The notes beneath the pieces are model-generated. The model was not told where the DNA came from, searched no databases, and saw nothing but the letters and a program-made list of their open reading frames with translations. From Candidatus Thorarchaeota archaeon (GTDB lineage: Archaea; Asgardarchaeota; Heimdallarchaeia; Hodarchaeales; Hodarchaeaceae): 32,000 nt of DNA. Position numbers and translations under genes: made by a program. The stretch lies in the NCBI GenBank assembly GCA_048882505.1, contig JBHLRO010000002.1:270001-302000 (forward strand), given 5' to 3'. Shown here piece by piece: positions 1 through 7,778 of this stretch (position 1 is its first letter; each line of letters begins with the position of its first letter).

Positions 1-2
1 TT

Positions 3-875
3 ACAGATCGCAGATCAGGCGAATCCATGTTTTATTACTTCTTTGGAAAACCTGCAGACGAAATGAAGCAACCTGCACTAATTACGGCTGCCTTGAACAG
101 CATTGCACTGATGGTATCAGAAACAGCTGGGCGTCGTGGTGAATGGGATTTACGAAGCATTGATAATGGTAGTACGAAGATTATTTTGCGGAAAGGAAAT
201 CGGGTGGTTGGAATTCTTTACAGTCCAGTTGAAACAGAGACCCTAAGTAATCTCTTGAGCCAATTTGTCTACCAGTTTGAGGATCAATTTGAAAGCGCAA
301 TAAACGACTTCTCTAAGACGGGCCGAATTGGAGGGTTTGCTCAGGCAAAAGAACTGGTGAAGAAGGTCTTTAAACCGTACATTTTCGATATAGATACAGT
401 AAAAGACGACTTACGCCAAAAATTGTTAGCGTACGCGACAGAGACAAATCGATTAAACGAAAATCCGGAGGAAATTTTTCGCCAATATGCAAAAGAGAAC
501 ATTTCAGATCCAAAAACAAAGGAACTTTTATTATACGAGTTCACTACACCCCACAATCCTCGTCATAAATTTCTCTTAGATCTTAACATTAATCCCCGTT
601 CTTTGGCCAAACAACTGGAAGAAGAGACTGGTAAACCTTTATGTGAGTGTACGCTCCCCCCTCGTTATGTTCAAATACAGCGATTTGATGCATTGGGGAT
701 ACTCGATCTTCCTGAGGAATTGCGACCCACTGCCCGAGCGCTTTTCATTTCCGATGTTCTTTCTCCAGAGACTGCAGCTAAAATTACGAAGAGAGAACAG
801 GAATTTGAACATCAATCTTTAGAAGCGTTACGAAAACTGGGGTACGTGAAACGAATCTCGCCAACTCAGTCTTAA
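3..875 (+). CDS. Longin-like domain protein with C-terminal winged-helix-like region (5' truncated by window edge)
   Basis: The frame is open from base 3 (TDRRSGES-MFYYFFG), so the gene probably starts outside the window. The N-terminus follows the longin pattern (sG..lf..f / LITAALNSIALMVSE / SIDNGSTKIILRKGNRVVGILY / LSQFVYQFEDQF). The C-terminus ends in a wHTH-like SLEALRKLGYVKR. Confidence 0.65.
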   Translation, partial: TDRRSGESMFYYFFGKPADEMKQPALITAALNSIALMVSETAGRRGEWDLRSIDNGSTKIILRKGNRVVGILYSPVETETLSNLLSQFVYQFEDQFESAINDFSKTGRIGGFAQAKELVKKVFKPYIFDIDTVKDDLRQKLLAYATETNRLNENPEEIFRQYAKENISDPKTKELLLYEFTTPHNPRHKFLLDLNINPRSLAKQLEEETGKPLCECTLPPRYVQIQRFDALGILDLPEELRPTARALFISDVLSPETAAKITKREQEFEHQSLEALRKLGYVKRISPTQS

Positions 876-1197
876 AAAGCTAGAAATATGATCCGCTAAA
901 GCCAAAGAACCATGTATTCCGCCCCTAGGCCGTAATTCCAAGAATTTCCACCAAATCTGCAAAATATTATAAATCTACTAGATAATTTGCTATAAAGCCC
1001 AAAATGAAAGGAAAACAGACTCTACTTGGGCATTCCGCCATTTGAGAAGAAAAAAACTCCTAAAAATCACCTCTCTTTGATATACGGTGTGCAGTTGAGT
1101 GGAACGTACTTTTGGTAACACGTTATCAATTTTTCCAAGAATTCATGCCGAAAAATCGGTATTATAATTAAAAGGATAAACAAGCAGGTATAAGAAA

Positions 1198-1737
1198 ATG
1201 AGCGATGATAGACGATTATGGAAAATAGTGCTCGTGGGAGACGGAGCAGTTGGTAAAACCTCACTCCGAAAACGCTATTTAGGAGAAGGTTTCGAATCGG
1301 ATTACCTCTCGACCATGGGCGCCGATTTTGCTCTCTATGACACGACAATCGGGGCTACAGAAATTCGTTGGCAAATCTGGGACTTAGCAGGTCAGCCGGT
1401 CTTTGCTGATGTCGTCAAGGCCTATTATACTAAGATTTTCGGTGGAGTCTTAGTTTACGATGTCACCCGACGCCACACGTTCAAGAACAGCGAAAATTGG
1501 TTGAATGACCTCTGGACGAATTCCGGACGTGAACGAAAAGTCCCCGTGGTTCTCCTCGGGAACAAGATCGATCTCCGTGATGAAGAGGGTGCAGAAGCTA
1601 CATCCACTGATGAAGGGCAAGTCCTTGCAGATCGATTAGGTGTTCCCTTGATCGAAACTTCTGCAAAATCGGGAGCGGGCGTTCAGGCCGCCTTTGAAGA
1701 ATTAGGAAAGGCCATATTGAAGTATACTTCCGAATAG
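1198..1737 (+). CDS. Rab-like small GTPase
   Basis: G1 GDGAVGKT, switch I STMGADF, G3 WDLAGQ, G4 NKID, G5 ETSAK. RabF-like segments WQIW, YY and LVYDVT are present. No C-terminal cysteine. Confidence 0.92.
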   Translation: MSDDRRLWKIVLVGDGAVGKTSLRKRYLGEGFESDYLSTMGADFALYDTTIGATEIRWQIWDLAGQPVFADVVKAYYTKIFGGVLVYDVTRRHTFKNSENWLNDLWTNSGRERKVPVVLLGNKIDLRDEEGAEATSTDEGQVLADRLGVPLIETSAKSGAGVQAAFEELGKAILKYTSE

Positions 1738-1799
1738 ACGTTCCGCACATCAAGTCTCCACCTGCCTCTTTCCAACAAACATTATTGATTTAGGAAGAA

Positions 1800-2258
1800 T
1801 CATTCACGGCTGTAAAGATCTTTCAATTCTTTTGGAGTATAGAGAACTTCTTTTGCTTGCCGAGATTTTTCGACCAGGTCTCTTTTAAATAACTGATTTA
1901 AATGATCACTGATTGTACTCCGCTTTCTCCCCCGTAGATTCGCCAATTGATTGGCCGTCATCGCCTGGTTAGAGTCGACTAGTGTCTGATAGGTTTCCTT
2001 TAAATGTTCTTCAAGTCCTTCAAAATTCATCAGGAAATCTCCTGGATTTTGCTTGTTTTGGCTCGAAGAAACTCCAGGTATTTCTACAACGTGATAGACT
2101 GGCTCCTTTGATGGATCTGGTTGGATTCTTTCTTCTATGTTTGATATCCGGTGATCTAATAAGTTTATATCATCTTTAAGGGCTTTAACAATCGTTAGTA
2201 TCTGCTCCAGGGTTCTTTGAGCCTTTTCGCCTTTAGGGTTTTCGTTGTCATTCGACAC
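1800..2258 (-). CDS. Winged helix-turn-helix protein with N-terminal coiled coil (probable regulator)
   Basis: Heptad stretch LEQILTIVKALKDDINLLDHRISNIEERI. C-terminal MTANQLANLRGRKRSTISDHLNQLFKRDLVEK fits a wHTH. An AGGAGG ribosome-binding site lies upstream on the minus strand. Confidence 0.75.
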   Translation of the reverse strand: MSNDNENPKGEKAQRTLEQILTIVKALKDDINLLDHRISNIEERIQPDPSKEPVYHVVEIPGVSSSQNKQNPGDFLMNFEGLEEHLKETYQTLVDSNQAMTANQLANLRGRKRSTISDHLNQLFKRDLVEKSRQAKEVLYTPKELKDLYSRE

Positions 2259-3131
2259 TCAAATTTCCTCCTTGAGGCATTTACGTTCATTTTCGTGTTC
2301 CTTATATACTCACCTATTCCGGAAGATCGCACTCGAAATTCATTTGCTGTATTCTAGTTGAGAGCATATCCAATTCTTGGCTAAAATATGAGAATTTGCA
2401 TGAAAGCGTTCAAACGGTAAAATAATGTTTCATTACATTTTTAACCAGATATAGTCGTCATTTTCGAAGATTAAAAGCCTGCTATTATGGAATGAAGGGT
2501 AACTAGTTCTTTTTATGGAGTGGTTATTTACGAACAACCAGCCTGCCTCTTTAATTAAAGAGTTCCATTAATCCTCATCCTTTGATGAATTCTTGAATGG
2601 TAAATTACATCTAGGGGCACCAAATAAGGGACATCAAGGGTGTTACTTGTTCATATGGTTTTTTTTGCTCTGTTCACATTGATGTATTAGAAATCAGCAG
2701 TATGAATTTTGATTTTTGTAAAATCGATATAATATTTCCACAGAGGCCTCTCGTACCATCGCTGTTGAACAAATGATGTCCATGTAACTTTAAGTTAGTG
2801 TCGATTGTTGCTATAAATATATTGTTGATTTAATATCCTTTCCTAGGATTTCCACTCATCTCTGGCAATATCCTCGATTTATCTTGATGTGCAAACAAAC
2901 TAAGGCGGCTACGGCCCAATTGAGGTTCCAAAGAAGTATCTCTTGCTACTTAAAAGCAAAAGGTTTTAAGATGAAACAGGAGAAAATGGGAACCAGTAGG
3001 TGTGATGGCATTATTTCGGCTGTTAGGAATTAGATTTTTCTATAATCTGTTGCCCTAACTTATATTTGAGGTTGTCCTTGAAACACACCCTTGATCCCGT
3101 GATATATCCGTCTGAAAGAAGGATTTCAATC

Positions 3132-3479
3132 ATGTCTCATGAAGCAGGATACCTGTCACAGCAAGCGTTAGAAAGAGTAATTAATAGCGTCGGCAAACAT
3201 AAAGGTGTCTATGGAGCAGTATTGAGCGATACTGATGGTTTACCACTTCAAAGTAGTCTTCCTCCAGAAGATACCGAAAACGTAGCGGCACAAGTGGCGT
3301 CTTTGGTTGGTAGAATCCGTTATATTTCACAAGAAATCTCCCAGGAGGTTGCACGAAGTATTAGATTGGAACTCGAGGCGGGAGATGTTGAAATTATACC
3401 TGACTATGATTCTGAGATCATCATAATTGCCTTGGTGAAACGTGATAGCACCAAAATGTCATTAACCGCGAATCGATAG
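3132..3479 (+). CDS. Roadblock/LC7 domain protein
   Basis: KGVYGAVLSDTDGLPLQSSL is a roadblock signature. The ATG at 3132 is preferred over the track's TTG at 3066. Confidence 0.88.
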   Translation: MSHEAGYLSQQALERVINSVGKHKGVYGAVLSDTDGLPLQSSLPPEDTENVAAQVASLVGRIRYISQEISQEVARSIRLELEAGDVEIIPDYDSEIIIIALVKRDSTKMSLTANR

Positions 3480-3482
3480 AGA

Positions 3483-3812
3483 GTGATTGATCTAATGTCT
3501 TCAGATAAATATAGTATGCCTACCATTCTTCAAAATACCATCAAACGACTTGCAGCTCGCCGTGGGGTTAAGGGAATACTAGTATGTGATGAGGAAGGGC
3601 TTCCTCTCCAATCTAATCTTCCTCAATCTGATGCCGAACGCGTTTCAGCTCATGTAGCAGCTTTGGTAAAGAAGGTCAGAAGTGTCTCTGATGCTCTTGA
3701 ACATGGAAAGTTGCAAAGTGTTTATGTCGAAATGCCCCAATCTGAAATCATCATTACACCAGATGAAACAGCTGGCTTTACAATCGTAGTTTTAAAGGAA
3801 CGGGCTATTTAG
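3483..3812 (+). CDS. Roadblock/LC7 domain protein (dynein light chain roadblock-like)
   Basis: TIKRLAARRGVKGILVCDEEGLPLQSNL resembles DYNLRB [26 protein letters not shown]. It lies 3 bp after the previous gene and is its paralog. Confidence 0.9.
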   Translation: MIDLMSSDKYSMPTILQNTIKRLAARRGVKGILVCDEEGLPLQSNLPQSDAERVSAHVAALVKKVRSVSDALEHGKLQSVYVEMPQSEIIITPDETAGFTIVVLKERAI

Positions 3813-3926
3813 CTCTTATTCCTATGATAATTTATCTTCCACAATACAATTGGTGTTTGTTAGAATCTTTGTAGTTATTATCGATTTAATAAAGACTGTT
3901 ACCGGCATACTTCGAGAACGGAACTT

Positions 3927-4817
3927 ATGGCGATGAATTCCAATACTACCTCTCCCAAATACTGTGGATCTTGTGGAAAAGAACTATTGTCTGGTGCCGA
4001 TTTCTGTGCATACTGTGGAGCTCCAGTACCGAAACTAGGCCCCCAATCCCTTCATCAAATCCCTACATCTCCGTATTATGTCACGTCCAGGCCAACACTA
4101 AGCCCCACAGAACCACCTTTTCCTTTTTTGAAGCATTTTCAAGGAGTTATTCTTACCCCTCAAAGAGAAATGCCTATAATCACAGGAAGGCCGAATATAA
4201 AGCAGCCCCTGATTTTGAACTTGGTGATAGGAATTCTTGCAGGAGCTGCGATAGCTGTATTTTTGTCTAAAGCTTCTATGACATTTTATCCTGAATTTTA
4301 TCAATCTTTGGAACAGATGGGTTTACCTCTAACTTCTAGTTTTGATTTTGAATCATATATACTCTTTTCTTTTTTCATTGGCTCTTTAATTGGCCCCTTA
4401 ATATTCTGGTTGCTGAATAGCGGAATTCTCTACCTGATTTTAGTTGTAATGGCTCCTAATACACCTTCCCCACCCCGTAACTTCAGGACAACTGCAACCA
4501 TCGCAGGATGGGCATCGGTCCCCCAAATTGTTGGAGAAACATTTAACATCTTTTATAACTTGATATTTGTTCCAGAAACGAGCTTTGAATTCAGCGATTT
4601 CGAAGATATCCAAAATATTGCCCTACCTGTTGTTTCTGGACCTATCGAATGGGTGTCACTTGCGTTGGATGCTGGATTACTGATTTGGGGAGTTTTATTG
4701 GTATATTGGGCGCTGAAATCGATTTTTCCGCAAGGAAATCAACCAGTAGTTATCGCAGTCGGTTATATAGTGGCTCGCATAGCTATTTCAGTATTACTAT
4801 CAGGATTTATTTTATAA
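3927..4817 (+). CDS. Zinc-ribbon + Yip1-domain membrane protein
   Basis: N-terminal CGSC...CAYC double CxxC motif, a Pro-rich linker, about 5 hydrophobic helices, and a Yip1-like TIAGWASVPQIV motif. Confidence 0.78.
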   Translation: MAMNSNTTSPKYCGSCGKELLSGADFCAYCGAPVPKLGPQSLHQIPTSPYYVTSRPTLSPTEPPFPFLKHFQGVILTPQREMPIITGRPNIKQPLILNLVIGILAGAAIAVFLSKASMTFYPEFYQSLEQMGLPLTSSFDFESYILFSFFIGSLIGPLIFWLLNSGILYLILVVMAPNTPSPPRNFRTTATIAGWASVPQIVGETFNIFYNLIFVPETSFEFSDFEDIQNIALPVVSGPIEWVSLALDAGLLIWGVLLVYWALKSIFPQGNQPVVIAVGYIVARIAISVLLSGFIL

Positions 4818-4823
4818 TCGTGG

Positions 4824-5540
4824 TTATACTCCAACTAGCTGTCGTGAAGTATAATTAACCTTAAAATCGACCCATAACATATCATCAATCCGTCTAGAAG
4901 CGATTATCTCAAAGAATGGGGATTCGGAGAAATATTGGAAGGACTGGGAAAATTCGAAAATTGAGACTCCATTTCCAGCAATGACCGGGGCATAAGCTAT
5001 TTGAAGTTCATCTATCAACTTAAAAGACAGCATAGATCCATTGAGTCTTCCTCCACCTTCTAACATTAAACGATTCACCTTAAACTGATTTTTTAAGACC
5101 CTCAAAAGCAGAGAAAGGTCTACAAAGCGGTCGTCACCGCAATGAATGACTTGACATCCTACATCCTCGAGTTTTTGAACGTGTTTAGCCGAGCAATTAG
5201 ATGTAACGGCAATTAAAGTAGGAACTGCTGAATCATGAGTGATCACTCTAGCATCAAGGGGGATATTCCCTGTTGCACTGACAACAACGCGAATAGGCTG
5301 CCGTGATATTGGAGCCCCTAGTTTTTTTGGATCGACAACCAATTTGGAGTCATCCTGTCTAATTGTCTCACCACCAACCATAATTGCATCAGATTCCAGT
5401 CGTAGGAGATGCACCCTTTTCCAATCGTTCTTTGTCGAAAGTTTTGTGTCTCCCCCATCTGTTGCTAGTTTACCGTCCAGACTAGCGGCTGCTGAAAGTA
5501 TGACGTACGGGCGCCACTTCGGTGGTTTGTGTGAGGTCAT
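4824..5540 (-). CDS. arfC: RibD C-terminal-type pyrimidine reductase (2,5-diamino-6-ribosylamino-4(3H)-pyrimidinone 5'-phosphate reductase)
   Basis: RPYVILSAAASLDGKL, DAIMVGGETIRQDD and LMLEGGGRLN motifs of the RibD-C/dihydrofolate reductase-like family. Confidence 0.88.
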   Translation of the reverse strand: MTSHKPPKWRPYVILSAAASLDGKLATDGGDTKLSTKNDWKRVHLLRLESDAIMVGGETIRQDDSKLVVDPKKLGAPISRQPIRVVVSATGNIPLDARVITHDSAVPTLIAVTSNCSAKHVQKLEDVGCQVIHCGDDRFVDLSLLLRVLKNQFKVNRLMLEGGGRLNGSMLSFKLIDELQIAYAPVIAGNGVSIFEFSQSFQYFSESPFFEIIASRRIDDMLWVDFKVNYTSRQLVGV

Positions 5541-5778
5541 TATTTATCCACTGTCCATAACATGAGCTCTTATTGCCATTTCTACATATGTAAACTTGAA
5601 TGTCGCCACTAAGGCAAAATTTTTACCCAAAGCGAGTACGTGAACTGTTTTGAGCCACGTTGTTTGAGGAAGATCGCATACTCTTTGAATCAAACCACGA
5701 TATTTCCTCTTGAAAAGTACAATACCCATTTCATTAGTGTAATAAATTACATTGTCAGGGATTAATTACCCATAAATA

Positions 5779-5786
5779 TTTAAATA
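5779..5786 (+). promoter_or_regulatory. Putative TATA box (TTTAAATA)
   Basis: Located ~27 nt upstream of the start of the GC-rich structured block at 5812, matching archaeal TATA-to-TSS spacing. Inference only. Confidence 0.35.
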
Positions 5787-5811
5787 ACGTAATGCATTAC
5801 ATCATTACCTA

Positions 5812-5923
5812 GTGGGAAGTTCTTTCCTACACGGCCTACCCGGCATAGGTTTCCCGACTGACGGTCGGCGTGATACAGAACATCTGTATCGGAAAACAAA
5901 TTCCTCGAAGGAAGGTTTTCCAC
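5812..5923 (+). ncRNA. Candidate structured leader / ncRNA (five hairpins)
   Basis: Stems 5812-5819/5823-5830, 5833-5838/5846-5851, CCGAC/GTCGG (5854-5868), GATACAG/CTGTATC (5872-5890), and GGAAAAC/GTTTTCC (5891-5921) enclosing TTCCT/AGGAA. No family recognised. Confidence 0.45.
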
Positions 5924-5935
5924 CCTCATCAAAAC

Positions 5936-5941
5936 AGGAGG
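5936..5941 (+). promoter_or_regulatory. Shine-Dalgarno AGGAGG
   Basis: Lies 7 nt before the ATG at 5949. Confidence 0.7.
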
Positions 5942-5948
5942 TTAAACA

Positions 5949-6155
5949 ATGACAGTTGAAATAGAAGAAAATGTGGATCTGCACCATCAAGCAGAACGTG
6001 AGTTAGTTTGTCCGTTCTGTACAACTCATACGGTGTCCACCATCGTCAACCACAATACCCTACGCCTCAAGTGTAGTGAATGTGGCATGGATGCATTTGT
6101 GACCCGAGCTCCGAGAAAACTTTCTGATTTTATATCTCGCAGGCTGATTTCCTAA
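5949..6155 (+). CDS. Small C4 zinc-ribbon protein (Elf1-like spacing, unassigned)
   Basis: CPFC-17aa-CSEC motif and a strong Shine-Dalgarno sequence. Confidence 0.72.
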   Translation: MTVEIEENVDLHHQAERELVCPFCTTHTVSTIVNHNTLRLKCSECGMDAFVTRAPRKLSDFISRRLIS

Positions 6156-6230
6156 TCATTTAACGTGTGACTTAATCAAGGTTTTCGGGGAGGAATTGCT
6201 TGAGGGTAGAGAAATTCTCTCGCAGTAAAG

Positions 6231-6325
6231 TACCATGCGGCGTTCCGTAACTGACTCCCTTTTGTCTAAGGGGAGTGGATATTAAAGATAAAAGATGGAT
6301 CGCTCTATAAGAACGCCGCGTGGTA
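6231..6325. repeat. 15-bp inverted repeat enclosing an internal hairpin
   Basis: TACCATGCGGCGTTC (6231-6245) and GAACGCCGCGTGGTA (6311-6325) pair with one G-U wobble. The inner stem spans 6254-6262/6268-6276. Confidence 0.8.
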
Positions 6326-6342
6326 TAGGATCCACACTGATC

Positions 6343-7668
6343 TTATGCCTTTTCGGGGTCTCCTTTTAAACCAAGGATCTCTGCATACCCGTCCATATCC
6401 ATAAAACCATGACCACTGACGTTAAAAAGAATCGTTTTCTCCTCGTTTTCTTTTTTGCATTTTATTGCTTGGTCAATGGCACAAGCAATGCTATATGCAG
6501 ATTCAGGTGCAGGTAAGAAGCCTTCGGCTCGAACAAATTCCCTAGCTCGCTCAAACACGTATTTCTCTTCTGGTGGATATGCTACGGTATCAATATATCC
6601 ATGGTGTCTTAATAGACTCAGAATTGGAGCACATCCATGATATCGCAGACCGTCTCCTTTTATGGGTAGCATGGTTACTTGATGACCCAGCGTGTACATT
6701 TTAAGCATTGGAGTCATCTCGGCATGGTCAGCGAAATCATATTTGTACTCGCCTTGTAAATTGGGAGCTGTTTGGCTTTGAGCAGCAATGAACGTTATTT
6801 CTGCCTTTTTTGTGAGAACATCATGCAAAAAAGGAATAGCGATCCCTCCAAAGTTACTACCTCCGCCAAGGCATGAAATCACCATGTCGGGATACTCGCC
6901 CGCCATCTCAAACTGCTTTTTGGTCTCTAGCCCGATTATAGTCTGATGCATTAGGACGTGATTCAAAACTGAACCAAGGCAATACACCGCATCAGGGGAT
7001 TTCTTTGCCTCTTCAAGTCCCTCTGAGATGGCAATTCCCAGAGATCCGTTGTGGTTGGGGTTTTCCTCGTAGAGCTTGTTGCCGAATTCAGTTTTTTTAC
7101 TGGGTGAAGCATATACATCCGCTCCGTACAACTGCATAAATTTACGTCTTTGTTCTTTCCATCGATAAACTGCCCGGACCCAGAATACAGTACATTCTAA
7201 ATCATTCAGACTTGCAGCATAAGCGAGCGCATTTCCCCATTGTCCAGCCCCCGTTTCTGTTGTAAGTCTTCTAAATCCTTCTTTCTTGGCATAATAGGCT
7301 TGTGCTAGAGCTGTATTGACTTTATGGCTCCCTGTTGGGCTGAAAAATTCGGATTTAAAATAGAGCTTGGCTGGTGTTCCTAGTTTTGTTTCCAGATTTT
7401 TTGCGCGGAATAGAGGTCTGGGTCGACCAGCAGCCAAGAAAAGTTCTCGTATTCCATCAGGAATGTCAAACCATCGCTTATCTGACATTTCTTGGTCTAA
7501 ACATTCCTTTAAAAGCATATTTGGCAGATCCTTGACTCTTGAATACCCCTCTGGGGGATCTTTCGGTGGAGGAAGAGGTTCTGGTAAGTCTGGAACAATA
7601 TTATACCACTTGGTCGGCAATTCTTCAGCTTTAAGGATTAAGGCCCTACTTTTACTCATATTTTCCAC
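6343..7668 (-). CDS. trpB2: TrpB-like PLP enzyme (tryptophan synthase beta chain 2)
   Basis: KSEFFSPTGSHKVNTA (PLP lysine), TTETGAGQWG, GGGSNFGG, LRYHG and FNVSGHGFMD motifs. No trpA lies adjacent. Confidence 0.93.
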   Translation of the reverse strand: MENMSKSRALILKAEELPTKWYNIVPDLPEPLPPPKDPPEGYSRVKDLPNMLLKECLDQEMSDKRWFDIPDGIRELFLAAGRPRPLFRAKNLETKLGTPAKLYFKSEFFSPTGSHKVNTALAQAYYAKKEGFRRLTTETGAGQWGNALAYAASLNDLECTVFWVRAVYRWKEQRRKFMQLYGADVYASPSKKTEFGNKLYEENPNHNGSLGIAISEGLEEAKKSPDAVYCLGSVLNHVLMHQTIIGLETKKQFEMAGEYPDMVISCLGGGSNFGGIAIPFLHDVLTKKAEITFIAAQSQTAPNLQGEYKYDFADHAEMTPMLKMYTLGHQVTMLPIKGDGLRYHGCAPILSLLRHHGYIDTVAYPPEEKYVFERAREFVRAEGFLPAPESAYSIACAIDQAIKCKKENEEKTILFNVSGHGFMDMDGYAEILGLKGDPEKA

Positions 7669-7778
7669 TATCTGCTCTTGTTCAGTAAGAGATATTGATT
7701 CCTTATCTCTAAAGTGACCAAAATTTAATTATCTAAGATCACTGAGGATGAGATTTGATTGAGAATACTTAGGGGATT

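Noticed and set aside
1067-1348. 93-aa minus-strand ORF
   Set aside because: It overlaps the Rab-like gene antisense and has no recognisable motif; likely a shadow ORF.
2259-3131. ~870-bp AT-rich region without a credible ORF between the divergent HTH and roadblock genes
   Set aside because: Partial hand translation gave no protein-like frame, and I saw no repeats, ORB-like origin boxes or strong stems. It is treated as an intergenic or regulatory region, though a decayed gene cannot be excluded.
5544-5729. 61-aa minus-strand ORF ending 3 bp before the reductase gene
   Set aside because: No motif and no clear ribosome-binding site. It could be real but cannot be supported.
5851-5866. TTCCCGACTGACGGT resembles part of an FMN riboswitch and lies near a riboflavin gene
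   Set aside because: The other FMN motifs (AGGGC, GAAATTCC, GGATGGGAGAAG) are missing, and it is on the strand opposite the riboflavin gene.
6187-6325. Tested as RNase P RNA, hammerhead ribozyme, tRNA or MITE
   Set aside because: There is no GAGGAAAGUCC/P4 partner, no CUGAUGA core on either strand, no cloverleaf and no target-site duplication. It is kept only as an unassigned structure.
7688-7710. AGAGATA-N9-TATCTCT inverted repeat upstream of trpB2
   Set aside because: The 7-bp AT-rich arms are within chance expectation and match no known trp operator.
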